DNA of 64,000 nucleotides. Origin: Iphione sp. A-MEVVRFRX5 (lineage: Eukaryota). Of the stretch, positions 38,421-49,724 are shown in pieces. The stretch spans positions 66,650,001 through 66,714,000 of the forward strand of contig OZ320320.1 in NCBI GenBank assembly GCA_976226885.1. The letters run 5' to 3'. A model generated the notes under the pieces. The model ran no database searches, was not told the origin of the DNA, and was given only the letters and a program-made list of their open reading frames with translations. A program made the position numbers and the translations under genes. Each line of letters starts with the position of its first letter. The stretch's first letter is position 1.

Positions 38421-41400
38421 AAGTTTACCCCCCTTTGCTTTTCCTATGGAAAGAAATGTACCAAGCCGCACAAAGGGAAGCCACAACCTAATAGAGTCGA
38501 TGTCTGTCTGTGATGGGATAAGGTTTTCAAAGCTCGTATCTATAAATTGATGACCGATGTTACTCTTCCGAATGACACAGAAATACATTACAGACTGTCT
38601 AAATGTGCACTGATCTTCTTGGTATTGCATCGCACCAAATATTGACTGTCCGCTACATTTTCTTATTTATAACAAAGGTCCTGACCTATAAAGCTACATT
38701 TATCCATGCAAAAAAAGTTCAACTCCCTTTTTCTTTCTTTGCGAGAGTAGCTTTACACGGAAACGAATTTCGGTCTCCTTGGAACGTGTACAGTATGGAC
38801 GATCCCGGTTCCACTATGTTCATTATTGATGGGAAATTGGTAGGAAAGCATCTAATGGCGCTAAGACATTAACAACAAATGTGTACATCCACTTCTAATA
38901 CAGACTCTGGCCACGAATCTAATGACGTCGAATTGATGGAGCTCGTTTCCCTAGGAAACTCAAAAGAAAATTTGCTTTTTTCTCTCCTGTAATGAGTAAA
39001 ACCTCCAGCGAAATTGAATAATGCTAAACCACTAACATTAGATATATACATTGTGGGCCAACTGTGTATACGCGTACATGTAAATTAGTTAAATTCATTG
39101 AGCAAAAGAGGTTTCTTAGAAGGGCTTATTTGGTGTTACCTCGTCCGGCACATTACATGCAGACAGGTGGCGAATATCTACCCCCCAGGGCAGTACCTTG
39201 GCCTTACTGGTTAACAGCCGATATATTTCAGACTCGCGATTGTCTTTCACCAAGATTCAAATTATAGTTAAATGAATCAATATACGTTTGTATTGTCATT
39301 TTTCCCCATGCATACATAGGTGGTAGTAAATTGTCGGAACAGCCTTTATGATAAAGATATTACGAAATGCTCACTTTCCATCAGGGAAATCCTTTGTAGT
39401 TACGTGTTTTTTTTGGAGAATGGTCATTTCCGAAGTTTATACGACACTTTGTCATAACCCAGTTCTTTAAATCAGTGAATGCTATGCGTGAACGTCAATC
39501 AACATTTCAATTCCACCTTTACTCCTAGCTCTTTACCTTACTTTGACACAGTAAATCTGAAGTTTGTTTTGCAACAAAGTCTGTTCCACATGAATAGCCG
39601 TTCCCCTTCCTTTTCAAAGGATATGGTCACCGTGATGCTATTTACTCATATCTTTTCCATAGTTGATCAGACTCATACTTCATGTTGAAATCTAGTCTGC
39701 ACTTTGTTCATGAGGAATGATATTTGAGGTACTTAATCCAACCATAATGATTAAATATGTGCAACGTGCTCACTGGTATATTCTTCTGATCGCTACGCTT
39801 TACGTTTTGCTACATATACATTTGAAAAAGTAAGTTTTGTACTGAAAGAAAGCAATTTTAAAAAGTTCTAAGAAGAACACCGGAAAGGCCATGGGGGAGG
39901 TTATCACCTGAAGAAACATGTGAGTGACTTACCTCTGAACCAGGAGACGTCGAACGCCCTTGCTAGCGGCCAAACAACGGTGAGTATAAGAAGAAACGCA
40001 CTTCGCATTCTGTCACCGAGGAGACACGAAACTGCTACGGTTGGCTCACTACCGAGTTCCACCAAACTCGTGGGGCAGCAAGGAAACAGGGCTCTCTCTC
40101 CGTCACTGACTACACATAGTCATTTTCCATTATAATAAGGCCAGGCCTGCAGTGCGGGGGCTGTAAGAGTTAATCGAAAAATCAATTTAGTGTGATGGCA
40201 AGCCGGGGCCCAGTGAGAGGTGTGGCTGGGCAGTGGGCTAGTCTTTCGACGGGTGGACGCAGGACCTGGGAGATACGTCGGCGGGAGGCTTGGGTGGCCA
40301 CATAGACGGCGAGTGAGCTGGAGGCCTGAACACTTTAGAGCATCGGAGACAGGGGGGCCCAGGAAATACTAGCGGCAAGTACGCGCCCGACTGGACACAC
40401 ACTAGCGTGCGGGGGTGGAATCCTTTTACGGACGTGCGGGGGTGGAGGTGGGCGGGGCTTAGAGTGCGGGGGCGGATGTCAGTCAGCGCAGGAAGCCACG
40501 CCTTCCAGGTCGGAACGGTCATTCCCTGACCTACCGCTGTAAATGGTGAAATCCAACCACCTTCTTCTTTATCGAGCGACAAACAAACGTTCCCGCATGC
40601 TCAAGTGGGACTTTCCGATGGAAACGCTTTTTCCGGGATCATCCTGAACACTTCAAAAGGATAGGCCCAATTTTTGCCACTCGACATTATCTTTTCGCTC
40701 CAGCGATAACGATAAGACGGATGTTTTATTCATATACATCGAGATCAAACTACGATAGTCTGGATAAATTTCATAGGCAGAAAGACGGATATTATGGCAT
40801 GCGTTTACAATCATAAAGAAAAAACAATACAGCACTCCATCAGTTAAAGTTCGGACAGCCTAGTGCATAAGAGTGTCTCAGAGTTACACACAATGCACGC
40901 TGATTTGATTACGATATTTTCCGCTTTTAGGTTATCCACGAAAGGCCTACTTCTATCTACAACGGTAACTTTTCCTAGGGTACCCTCTGCATGCAAGTAT
41001 GTAATGAATCTGAGCGCACCCATTATGACTTTCTCATATTCATCGTCTTCCCCACTCCGTATATACGGAAGTTACTTTAATGATAATGGTCCCACGAACT
41101 TGTACTAAATGTACCTTTAGGCATCTTCTCGGTGCTATTTTCATCCTCCCATATTTCCATCGGCGCTTATTTCCCTTTTCCTGCCGTCCATTTCTTCTTG
41201 CTCTTCACCTTCTTCTCATCACTGTACCGTCTTTCCCCGCTTTTGAGCAGACACATATTGTTCACCTGCTGCGCCCATACTTTTATTTCCTCTATCTATA
41301 GAACGCCACGCCACCATGCAATACACTGAGGCCACAGACTTTAGATCTGTTCCCCCCCCCCACACACACACACTTTCTACTCCCTGACCTCCCCTTCAGC

Positions 41401-42699
41401 CTCCTTATCCAACTTCTGGATTTTGCTCTTAGGCCCGATGTCCTTACCTGCATTTGCGTCCGTGAATTCTTTGTGCATTCAGGTGTGCCTTTATGACCGT
41501 GTTCATTTTACTGTTAATTGGGTGTCTTCTCTGTGCATTTGTGTGCATTTGACATCCGTTGTACATCAACGAACATGTTTGATGATTTCACACACAAAAT
41601 TCACAAATGCAAGACAATGCATGGTAATTTCCTCACATTTCCTCACTTTTACTTGCTTGTCCCTGTCATTTATGCACAATTACACACATTTGTGCACATT
41701 TACATCCCTCTCCAAACCTTTTCTTGTTATTTTCATGGCTTTTAGCGTCATATTTGTCCTTCTTCATTATTTTTCCTGTCCTGTTTGCCATTTTTTCATG
41801 CAGCCTCAATGCAACCTCAAAGGACATCCCTTTTTGTTCAGGCTACGTGAAGGCAAAATCACACAAACACACACAGAGGGCAAATGCAGCCTAGCACAAC
41901 TCAATGCAAGTGAGAAAAGCGGGCCTTAATTTTAGTTGTTTCTTCCATTATATACTCTTCATTAACTCAACTTCTGTTTACCTAACAAACCTCCCTTTCT
42001 TTCCCACCTGTTACAATCGTATCCTGTCTTACTGTCCGATTTTCCCCGTGTACTACATTCCGCTGCCTATTTACCATGCACATTTTGTATTGCCCATCCC
42101 AATTGCACACATTATTACTTTCGCGCCTTGAACATACATAGGATGGACAACAAAAAGCCCTCGTCAAACGCTTTCCGTCCATGCATTAAGAGTTAATCGT
42201 ATCCTTTATTCCGTTGAAATTTAATTGTACGACAATTACCGCATATAAATTATATGCCCACAGCCTTGCACACATTGTGGATCACTCAGGTGGGGGTTGT
42301 AGAGGTTAAGCTTGCCTGGTCTTAGTATGGTTTGAGCTCTGGACCAGTCCTCTCGTCAACAGAGCGACTTACGCGCTCCATTGATTACATTGTCTTCTCA
42401 TATTAAATTAAAATACATGTCTGGCAAGCCCACTGTACGCCATCTTGTGCTTCCTTCCTGCTTTTTCATCCCGTCCCATTCTTCTCATCACCAAGACGTC
42501 CACAGGCTGCTCGCCTTCCTGCTGTCAATTTCTCGACTCCGCCTTCTTTCTTCGCCGCTATTCTTTCCACCTCACCCCCTATGCCATCAAACCCTCTGTC
42601 TCTCTTAAGCAACTCCCCTTTACCCCTTATATGACCTCAGAATCCCCGTCCCTCTCTCTTTACCTTGCAGTTCTGTCGTCCCCGTCTAAATATAGCATC

Positions 42700-43560
42700 C
42701 TCACTCGGGTCTGAACTTTCATGGCACCCCTCTCTCCCTCACCCCCCCCGACCCCCTTTTTGGTGATCTCGACCCATCGCTCTTCCGGCTTCTGCCTCTG
42801 CTATGGCTGTCTCCTAGGTTTCCATTGCCTAGCCTCATCCGTCTCACTAATCCCATACCGACGACCACACACGTTAGGCTGATCCCGCCCTAATAAGCGC
42901 ACCTGCGTGACGACCCTCCGCGCGCCCGGTTTGCGCCGCGCCGTTATCTGCAGTTTAATCGCTAATTAATCGTCAAGCCGCGTGGGCGGATTCCTGACCA
43001 AGGGCCGCGAGCCTTTGAAGCCGACAACCTTGCCCCCCAGCCCGCCCTGCCATTCAATAGACATTTTCCCGGGCGATGAGCATATTATCAACGGCCGCGC
43101 GCCCCAATCACCAGCCCCGACCAGATTTGTGCCCGCTCTGCTTTTTCAATTTGAGGCGGAGTGATGGCGACAGGGGGCACCACCAGGGCGACGCCCACCA
43201 GGGGGCGCCACCCGTCAAGCGCGGCTTCCGGTTGAAGAGACCACGTGACGGCGTGCCTTCGGGGAGCGGTTCGTCATCTGTGAGCTGTGAGACGCAGTGT
43301 CGGCGTCGACCATGGTCCCAGTGAACGCTGGCTGCAACTGGTCACCGCCCCCTATACTCTCGCCACCCGTTACCGCTCCTACGACAGCACGTTATGATCA
43401 GCCCACAGGGTGGCTCTGGTACTTACTCCATCCAATCCAACAGACTTGCTTCGAAGAACCATAATGTATCGAAAAAGTCGATATGACTACGTGTGTTTGA
43501 GCTAAACTTTCTATCTCTCTATATACGTGTATATATCACACTTCCGTTTCTTTCAGCATG
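42700..43560 (+). repeat. GC-rich repeat-like block (possible old PLE pseudo-LTR) with tandem CTCF motifs
   Basis: GCGACAGGGGGCAC (43167-43180) and perfect CCACCAGGGGGCGC (43195-43208); decayed GAAGAA...CGAAA at ~43452-43475; preceded by a pyrimidine-rich tract. Confidence 0.4.
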
Positions 43561-43609
43561 TGTATACATGTATTTAACTTCGTTTTTTTTTTTTTTTTTT
43601 TTTTTTTTT

Positions 43610-44294
43610 GACCGACAAGCAGGACGAGAATAGCAAGGCCGAAAACATCTTGGTTACGACTTTCCATCCTGCATTCAATGGCCTAAAGCAGGGGGTAACA
43701 GACAACTGGGACCTACTTGGCCGGTCTTGTGCCATACGGAAACTCCACAAAGGAGGCTTTATCTGTGGCCTTCGACGTCCGAAGAATCTCCGGGACCTAC
43801 TTGTGAGAGCCAAACTACAACCAAGACCAGAAGACAAACCACCACCGAACACAAACAAATGCAACACATGTATGTGCAGATACTGTCCTAAAATAAACAG
43901 GTCGGGGCATATCACTAGCACGTACAACAAGAGAACGTACGCAACAAAAACCAATGTTTGCTGCAAAAGTTCTAACCTCATCTATTGCATGACATGTACT
44001 AGATGTGGCCAGCAATACGTCGGCCAAACGAAAAATCGTTTGATGGATAGATTCCAAGGCCATTTTGGAAACATCAAACGAAACTCAAGTGTGTCAATCA
44101 TTGGCGAACACTTCAATGACAGCGGACACCGGGTTATCGCTGACATCGAAATCCACATAGTAGACTTTGTACATGCGAAACCAGATTCTGCACGTGCAAA
44201 GAAACTACGGGATCTGATTGAGCACAATTGGATCCATCGGCTGAACACGGTGGCACCCATTGGCCTTAATGTCATGGATGCCACCTACAATTAG
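43610..44294 (+). CDS. GIY-YIG endonuclease C-terminal part of a PLE ORF (no ATG; truncated)
   Basis: RRPKNLRDLLVRA, Cys-rich linker NKCNTCMCRYC, NLIYCMTCTRC..QYVGQT..RL..RF..H, H...GH, E..WIHRL.T..P.GLN; about 228 codons with no stop. Confidence 0.92.
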
Positions 44295-44649
44295 AGCGTA
44301 TCATCAGACCAGGGACACCACTGGACCTAGCCACGTTTACAAAAATTTACTTATACCTCCAGTGGACAGCCCCTGCCTGACTTTAGACACTCCAGGGAGT
44401 AACACCCTGAAGTGGGTGTCAGACATTTGAACCCTGCAATCACCTCAACCCCACATGAGAGATTACAGGTGGAAAAGGCCCCCTGGCCGATACTATAGGG
44501 ACCCCAGTGCCCCACACAGTGGCCAATGACATCTAGTCAGCATAGGGTAGACCTGGCTCTCATGTAGCCTACCACCAAAAAATCTGTGTTAAGATCAGCC
44601 ATCTTGGCTGACACCGTGATCAAATGTCTACTATGAACTTAAAAATAAT

Positions 44650-44685
44650 GGTGCCTGATGAGACAACTACGTCGAAACCGTAAAT
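44650..44685 (+). ncRNA. Minimal type-I hammerhead-like motif in the PLE pseudo-LTR
   Basis: CTGATGA (44655-44661), stem II GAC-aactac-GTC, GAAA (44674-44677), CCGTA with putative GUA cleavage triplet. Stem I is not evident. Confidence 0.55.
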
Positions 44686-45451
44686 AAGAATCTTGATACA
44701 TATATCAGGATTAATAATTGTCACCTTTTAAACAAAATCTTATTTGTTTTCATGACATCACAATGGCTATGGAAAAGTTACCACAACAACCCATGCTGCA
44801 TCTTCTCCTCTCCCTGACAACTGGGTTCTTTCCCAACTGTTTCACTCACTTGAAGCAACAGCAGACACGGTTGCACCACGCTACATACGCTAGCCTCGTT
44901 TCATCCATGTATTTAACTTCACTGCCATAATAATACACCTTAAATATGTACATGAGTACACATGTATGTAGGCCTACTTGCAAGGAAAAGTGCACTCGGC
45001 ACAGATATAGCGTCATGAGTGCTCAGACTTCCTTTATAACCTTCTCTCACTTTTAACTTTCTGTTTTAACTGCTCTTATGTAAAGCATGTACACACAGAT
45101 GAGGCACTGGCGACATACGCTATAAAATCAGTATTACTTCTTCTATACACATGTTTCATGTATATAGCAAGGGATGTGTGTACCAGTTTACATTTACAAT
45201 CAACCATTGGTATATACCTCTTATCTGCCATTCTCTCTCCGACCAACAATATCAGGTATAATTATGTACATGTACTTGTACTTGTTTCCATAGTTCAAGG
45301 CAAGACTGTCTTCGAAAGATAGTAAAAAGTGATACACCAGCAGAAGGACGCTGTCTCTGAAACCAAACTAGACTGTAAAATGTCTGTAATAGAGGATTTT
45401 AACAGGAGGGTATAGCGATCTGCATAGGAAAGTAACAATAGCAGATCTTCT

Positions 45452-45615
45452 CAGTGGACTCCGACTCGGAAGACCACCTGTGGGACTGGAGAAATATGGT
45501 CTCCCCTGCGGTCTTCCATCATATAGGAAATGTACTGTATTTGGTTCTATGAGAGAGTGGTTTCTGTCCCAGTCTGGTCTTCCCTGCGATCTGGTCTCTT
45601 AACGGGAGTCTACTG
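45452..45615. mobile_element. Tc1/pogo-like MITE
   Basis: CAGTGGACTCC ... GGAGTCTACTG terminal inverted repeats with internal subterminal repeats; a related right-half fragment lies at ~51180-51272. Confidence 0.75.
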
Positions 45616-46541
45616 ACGTAGCTGTAGGTATAAGGGGAGACAGTGATCCATAACCCTCTACAGGAATTTCATCATTCTCTTGAACAAATTAATTAAGGAT
45701 ATTGGCAATTTCTTAAAGGGCAACTGCAATAACTGCTGACAATTATTGGTAAAAATGCACAATATTTAGATATTCATGAAGACATGGTGTATAATTCGTA
45801 TGTAAACAGTGGTGGAGTCCAATATCAGTGTCACAGGATAGCATCAAGGACACAATGTCACTCACTGGTATAGAGCACGTCCTTTTATTGTAATCTCTAT
45901 TTGACAGGCAGAGTAGCATCAATTCATCCCGCAAATGCACGTGCAAGGATTTCTTACAAATGCCTAAAAGACAACTCTTTGACAACAGAAACAACATCAA
46001 GTGGTGCATCTTAAATTCGTTGATGCATGATACGAAACTTCATGTATACACTCATATACTTTACATGAAATATATCTGGGCCTTTCATTTAGATTATCCC
46101 TTTTTTCACGAAGATTACTCCGGCACGTATCCCGTTACCTTTACCCTATCCTTCCTCCTCTTCTTCTTGCCGCCGCTGCCCACATACGCACACACAAATG
46201 ATTTTCTTATTCAAGAATTTATATTCCCCCCCCCCAGCAGGCCCTCTTCCATTGCACCAGGCGGTCTCGTGAGTCGAAAGGACGGGAAGCGGCAGAGCGG
46301 GGGAGGGGGGCATCAGGCCAACGACGACGATGACGACGCCCTCTGTCGCCTCCTTGTTCAAACATACGCTGACGGCGTGATGAGGACGTGAGGCGCTTTG
46401 CAAGACGTCACGGCGGCCGTAATGGGAAGCCCGCATAGTGTCCCGCACGGATTATTATAAAGACAAAGCCTGTACCCGCCGCCCAACTAGTGCCCAGCAC
46501 CCTCAAGGGAGAGAGCCCGACACCGCGTGCTTATCACTCAC

Positions 46542-46581
46542 GTCTGTCGATTGTGCTGCAACCGGCGACGTTCTGATGATC
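46542..46581 (-). CDS. Gene A candidate exon (W)IIRTSPVAAQSTD
   Basis: Acceptor ccaccttttgtag|, consensus donor |gtgagtg; 40 nt ending in phase 0, matching the 30852 exon. Confidence 0.55.
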
Positions 46582-46850
46582 CTACAAAAGGTGGGGGGTT
46601 GGGGATGGGTGGGGGTCTGGTGCTCCTGTTGACTGTGGAGGTAGTAGTAATGACCCGCTCTTGATGGGAAATTATTACTATTGTGGTAGGTACCGCCTGT
46701 CATTGAATGGAGGCAGGCGGTGTTCGTCGTGCACGACGCGCCCCATGACATGTGGGCAAGACGGCCCATTATCAACACACAAACACACACACACACATAG
46801 CTCAAACACACACACACAACTGTGCACGTAAGGGCCACGCGCGTGTATAC

Positions 46851-46927
46851 CAGTTCTGGGCGGCGCAGAGCCGAAAGTAGTTTACCGTGTTCAACACGGC
46901 GGCGGCATGCCACAGATAGAGCTCCAT
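46851..46927 (-). CDS. Gene A candidate first coding exon MELYLWHAAAVLNTVNYFRLCAAQN(W)
   Basis: Strong acceptor tttattttattcacccag|ATG; the phase-2 donor |gtatac is weak and other donors/frames are possible; signal-peptide-like CAA-Q. Confidence 0.35.
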
Positions 46928-49181
46928 CTGGGTGAATAAAATAAACGGCCTATTGTTAGGAGTCATGGCTGCCGACAGTGCCGTCCTCCAGGCAGGAAGG
47001 GACAACGTACACCGCGAGCAGGCGGCCATCGGCATCGGCGGAAATTATCGGATTCCCACCAGAAAATAAAGCCCCCCCCCATTGTCTATTCGAAGGTGCT
47101 ATTTGAAAACACCCCCCCCCCCCGCTTTAAAAAATTGATGGCGGCTCCCCAGTAAAAAGTTTTTTCGTGGTCTTCTTATGCTTGTCCATACCCAGTAAAG
47201 GTAAGACCTGCATGATGGGTATTCTGTCTGAGTATCGACTCCATTCAGAGGTCAGACTACATGTAATGTATAGTAGTGAGGCCAAATGCAGAGCTGTTAT
47301 TCCGTTATTCATTAACTGCCGTGTCTGCTGGAAGCGATATACTTCAGGCCCTACTAACCCAGTCAGGAGGAGGAGGGGGAGCAGCTCAGGGCTCCGACCT
47401 CAGCTCGAGTTGCTCGCTGATCAATTCACTGGTCATCCACGTCGATGCCTGGCGGATGAGCTGGTTCTGTCCCCGTAATAGATGGTGAGTATTATCATTG
47501 TCGACAGGTTAATTACCATCTTTGGTTTGGCTGGGCCACTGCAGCACACAGATGGATGGGCGCGGCGGATGGGACAAGATTCCCACCGGGGGGGGGGGGG
47601 ACGTAGCAGTCAATCAGCGTTCAGCTTGTGCCTCTATGCAGCTCTGTGGGAACTCGGCAAGGGCTTTCTTTAATCGATATTGATTTTACCTGATTTGTTT
47701 TTATATTCTGATCATATCTAATGACCTAACGCTACACCTAACTCGGACATTCAGACACACGCACGCATGAACACACAGGCACGTGATCAGCCACTGCTGG
47801 GTTTTGAAAAAAAATTATCGATTCAGTTTGAGGAGAGATGGGAACTGTCACCTCTAGGGGAAAAAAAGGTACCATGTTTAAATAACCACCAAGACACGTT
47901 TGACACTTTCTTGAGCACATCACGTACTCGTCAACCGAGGCAGTGAATCAAGATTAGAAGTCAATGTGATGTTACAAAAATGTTTTGATGAGCCTATCTC
48001 GTCAACGACATGCCCTCCTGTGCAAGGGAGCAAACCAATGAAAAAGGACGGACCTAAGTAACGGCTGATACTAAGAACTACTTCGAATTCCATGACAGGG
48101 AAATATGACCCGTAAAGAACACTTCTCTTTTATGGGGACAGTTTTGATGACAACCAAGGGTGCCTGCATTTTAGGAGGTCCACTTCACATCTACATATAG
48201 TTGATATAAACAAAATAAGTCTGAATACCCACCGGCTTTGCAGTTAACTCCAACGATTTAACCTAACTAGATGATTAATATTCGTCACGGACTTATGAGG
48301 AATCTACGTTGGGTGATCTGAAGTTTTAACGTGCGGTACACACGTACGTAACTCAAACCAGTGTTTTACATATATCCCCGACCCTTGACTTAACCATGTT
48401 TCTACATCTTACAAACGAAACTCTATTTACAACCACCCCTTGGGACCAAGCTCAACTGGTCATATTGAAAAGTTTGGTCATAAACTTATCACAATGCCCA
48501 TAGAAACTATGATTTTTGTTCCCATTTTAAATGGTCGGAAATGAGATGTGGTCCTAAATCGATGCAGTCGTAAATAGAGTCTGCACTGTATAACTAATTT
48601 GAACATAATGATTTACCTTCCATTCTGTGTCAATTGTTGACTTAAAGATATTTTCAATAAATAAGAGAAGCCTTAAATATTGTAAGATATGGATACAAAG
48701 ATGTGAACACACCAGAGTCCAGTTCCAAACTGGTTATTCTTCAGCTAAATCCTCTTTTTATAGCCTCTTAGACACAGTTACAGCCTATCAAATTGTTAAG
48801 CTCAGTGATTTAGCCAATCGAGACAGAGTTCCTCCTCCTAGAGATACAGCATATACAATTATCGAATGACTTCAGCCAATCTGCTCAGATCTACAGGTTT
48901 TGCTACAATATAACACGTTACAATATAACACGTTATGAATGACCCCATGTTCCCAATGAACCCATGGATTTGGGGCTATGGACCTTATACACTGCAGGCA
49001 TTTTCCAGCTATAAAAATTGTCACTCTCACAATATTAAGGCATAAGGCATAACGCAAAGTATAAATTGTGTAGGCTTAAAGCAAGTTCCTTATTTAAGTG
49101 TGTGCCAAGGTTACACAAATCTAAGAATCAAAGGTCGTGTGACAAATTTGCTCCAGCAAATAGTCAGTCTCAAATACAGGA

Positions 49182-49724
49182 GAACCTTACTTTGCAACCT
49201 CATCACTTTGCGACCAAGACATCCATTGTGACCATTTTGGGTCGGAACGGAATTAATTTCAGTACATTTCCTATATGAGTGATTATTACTTTGCGACCAT
49301 ATTGCTTTGCAACCATATTCACCCTCCGACTACACACCTTAGGGTCGTTTCCTGTATATTTTAATATTGCTTTGCAACCGCCTGTCCTGGTGAGGTCGCC
49401 CGAGAGTGGTCGCGGGTGTGAACTGCGACGTCTTTGATGGTCTCTCACCCTAGAGAGGGTTGGCCAGCAGTGGTCCGGGGTGTCAATTGCGACCTCTTTG
49501 ATGGTCTCTCACCCTGGAGAGGGTTGGCCGGCAGTGGTCCGGGATGTCAACTGCAACCTCTTTGATGGTCTCTCACCCTGGAGAGGATTGGCCGGCAGTG
49601 GTCCGGGATGTCAACTGCGACCTCTTTGATGGTCTCATACCCCGGAAAAATTATTGCTTTGCGACCATATTCACTATTGCGACCATTTGGGGCTGACCCA
49701 AGTGGTGGTCGCAAAGTAAGGTTC
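49182..49724. mobile_element. Tc1/pogo-like MITE containing an internal tandem array
   Basis: GAACCTTACTTTGCAACC ... GGTCGCAAAGTAAGGTTC TIRs (1 mismatch); tacag-type left flank; repeated TTTGCGACC subterminal motifs. Confidence 0.85.
49408..49636. repeat. 64-bp tandem repeat x ~3.5
   Basis: tctttgatgg at 49431, 49495, 49559 and 49623; units are near-identical with no unique spacers. Confidence 0.95.

Larger units (their letters stand above)
43582..44905 (+). mobile_element. 5'-truncated Penelope-like element (Neptune-type) insertion with 15-bp TSD
   Basis: CATGTATTTAACTTC direct repeat at 43567-43581 and 44906-44920; poly(T)27 at 43583-43609; intact GIY-YIG frame; pseudo-LTR with a hammerhead-like motif. 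Confidence 0.88.

Noticed and set aside
43574-44284. Minus-strand ORFs overlapping the GIY-YIG frame
   Set aside because: Antisense shadows of a real coding frame, with poly-Lys from the T-run.
49408-49636. Regular repeats as a CRISPR array (also 15101-15271)
   Set aside because: Units are contiguous head-to-tail with no unique spacers; eukaryotic context; no cas genes.
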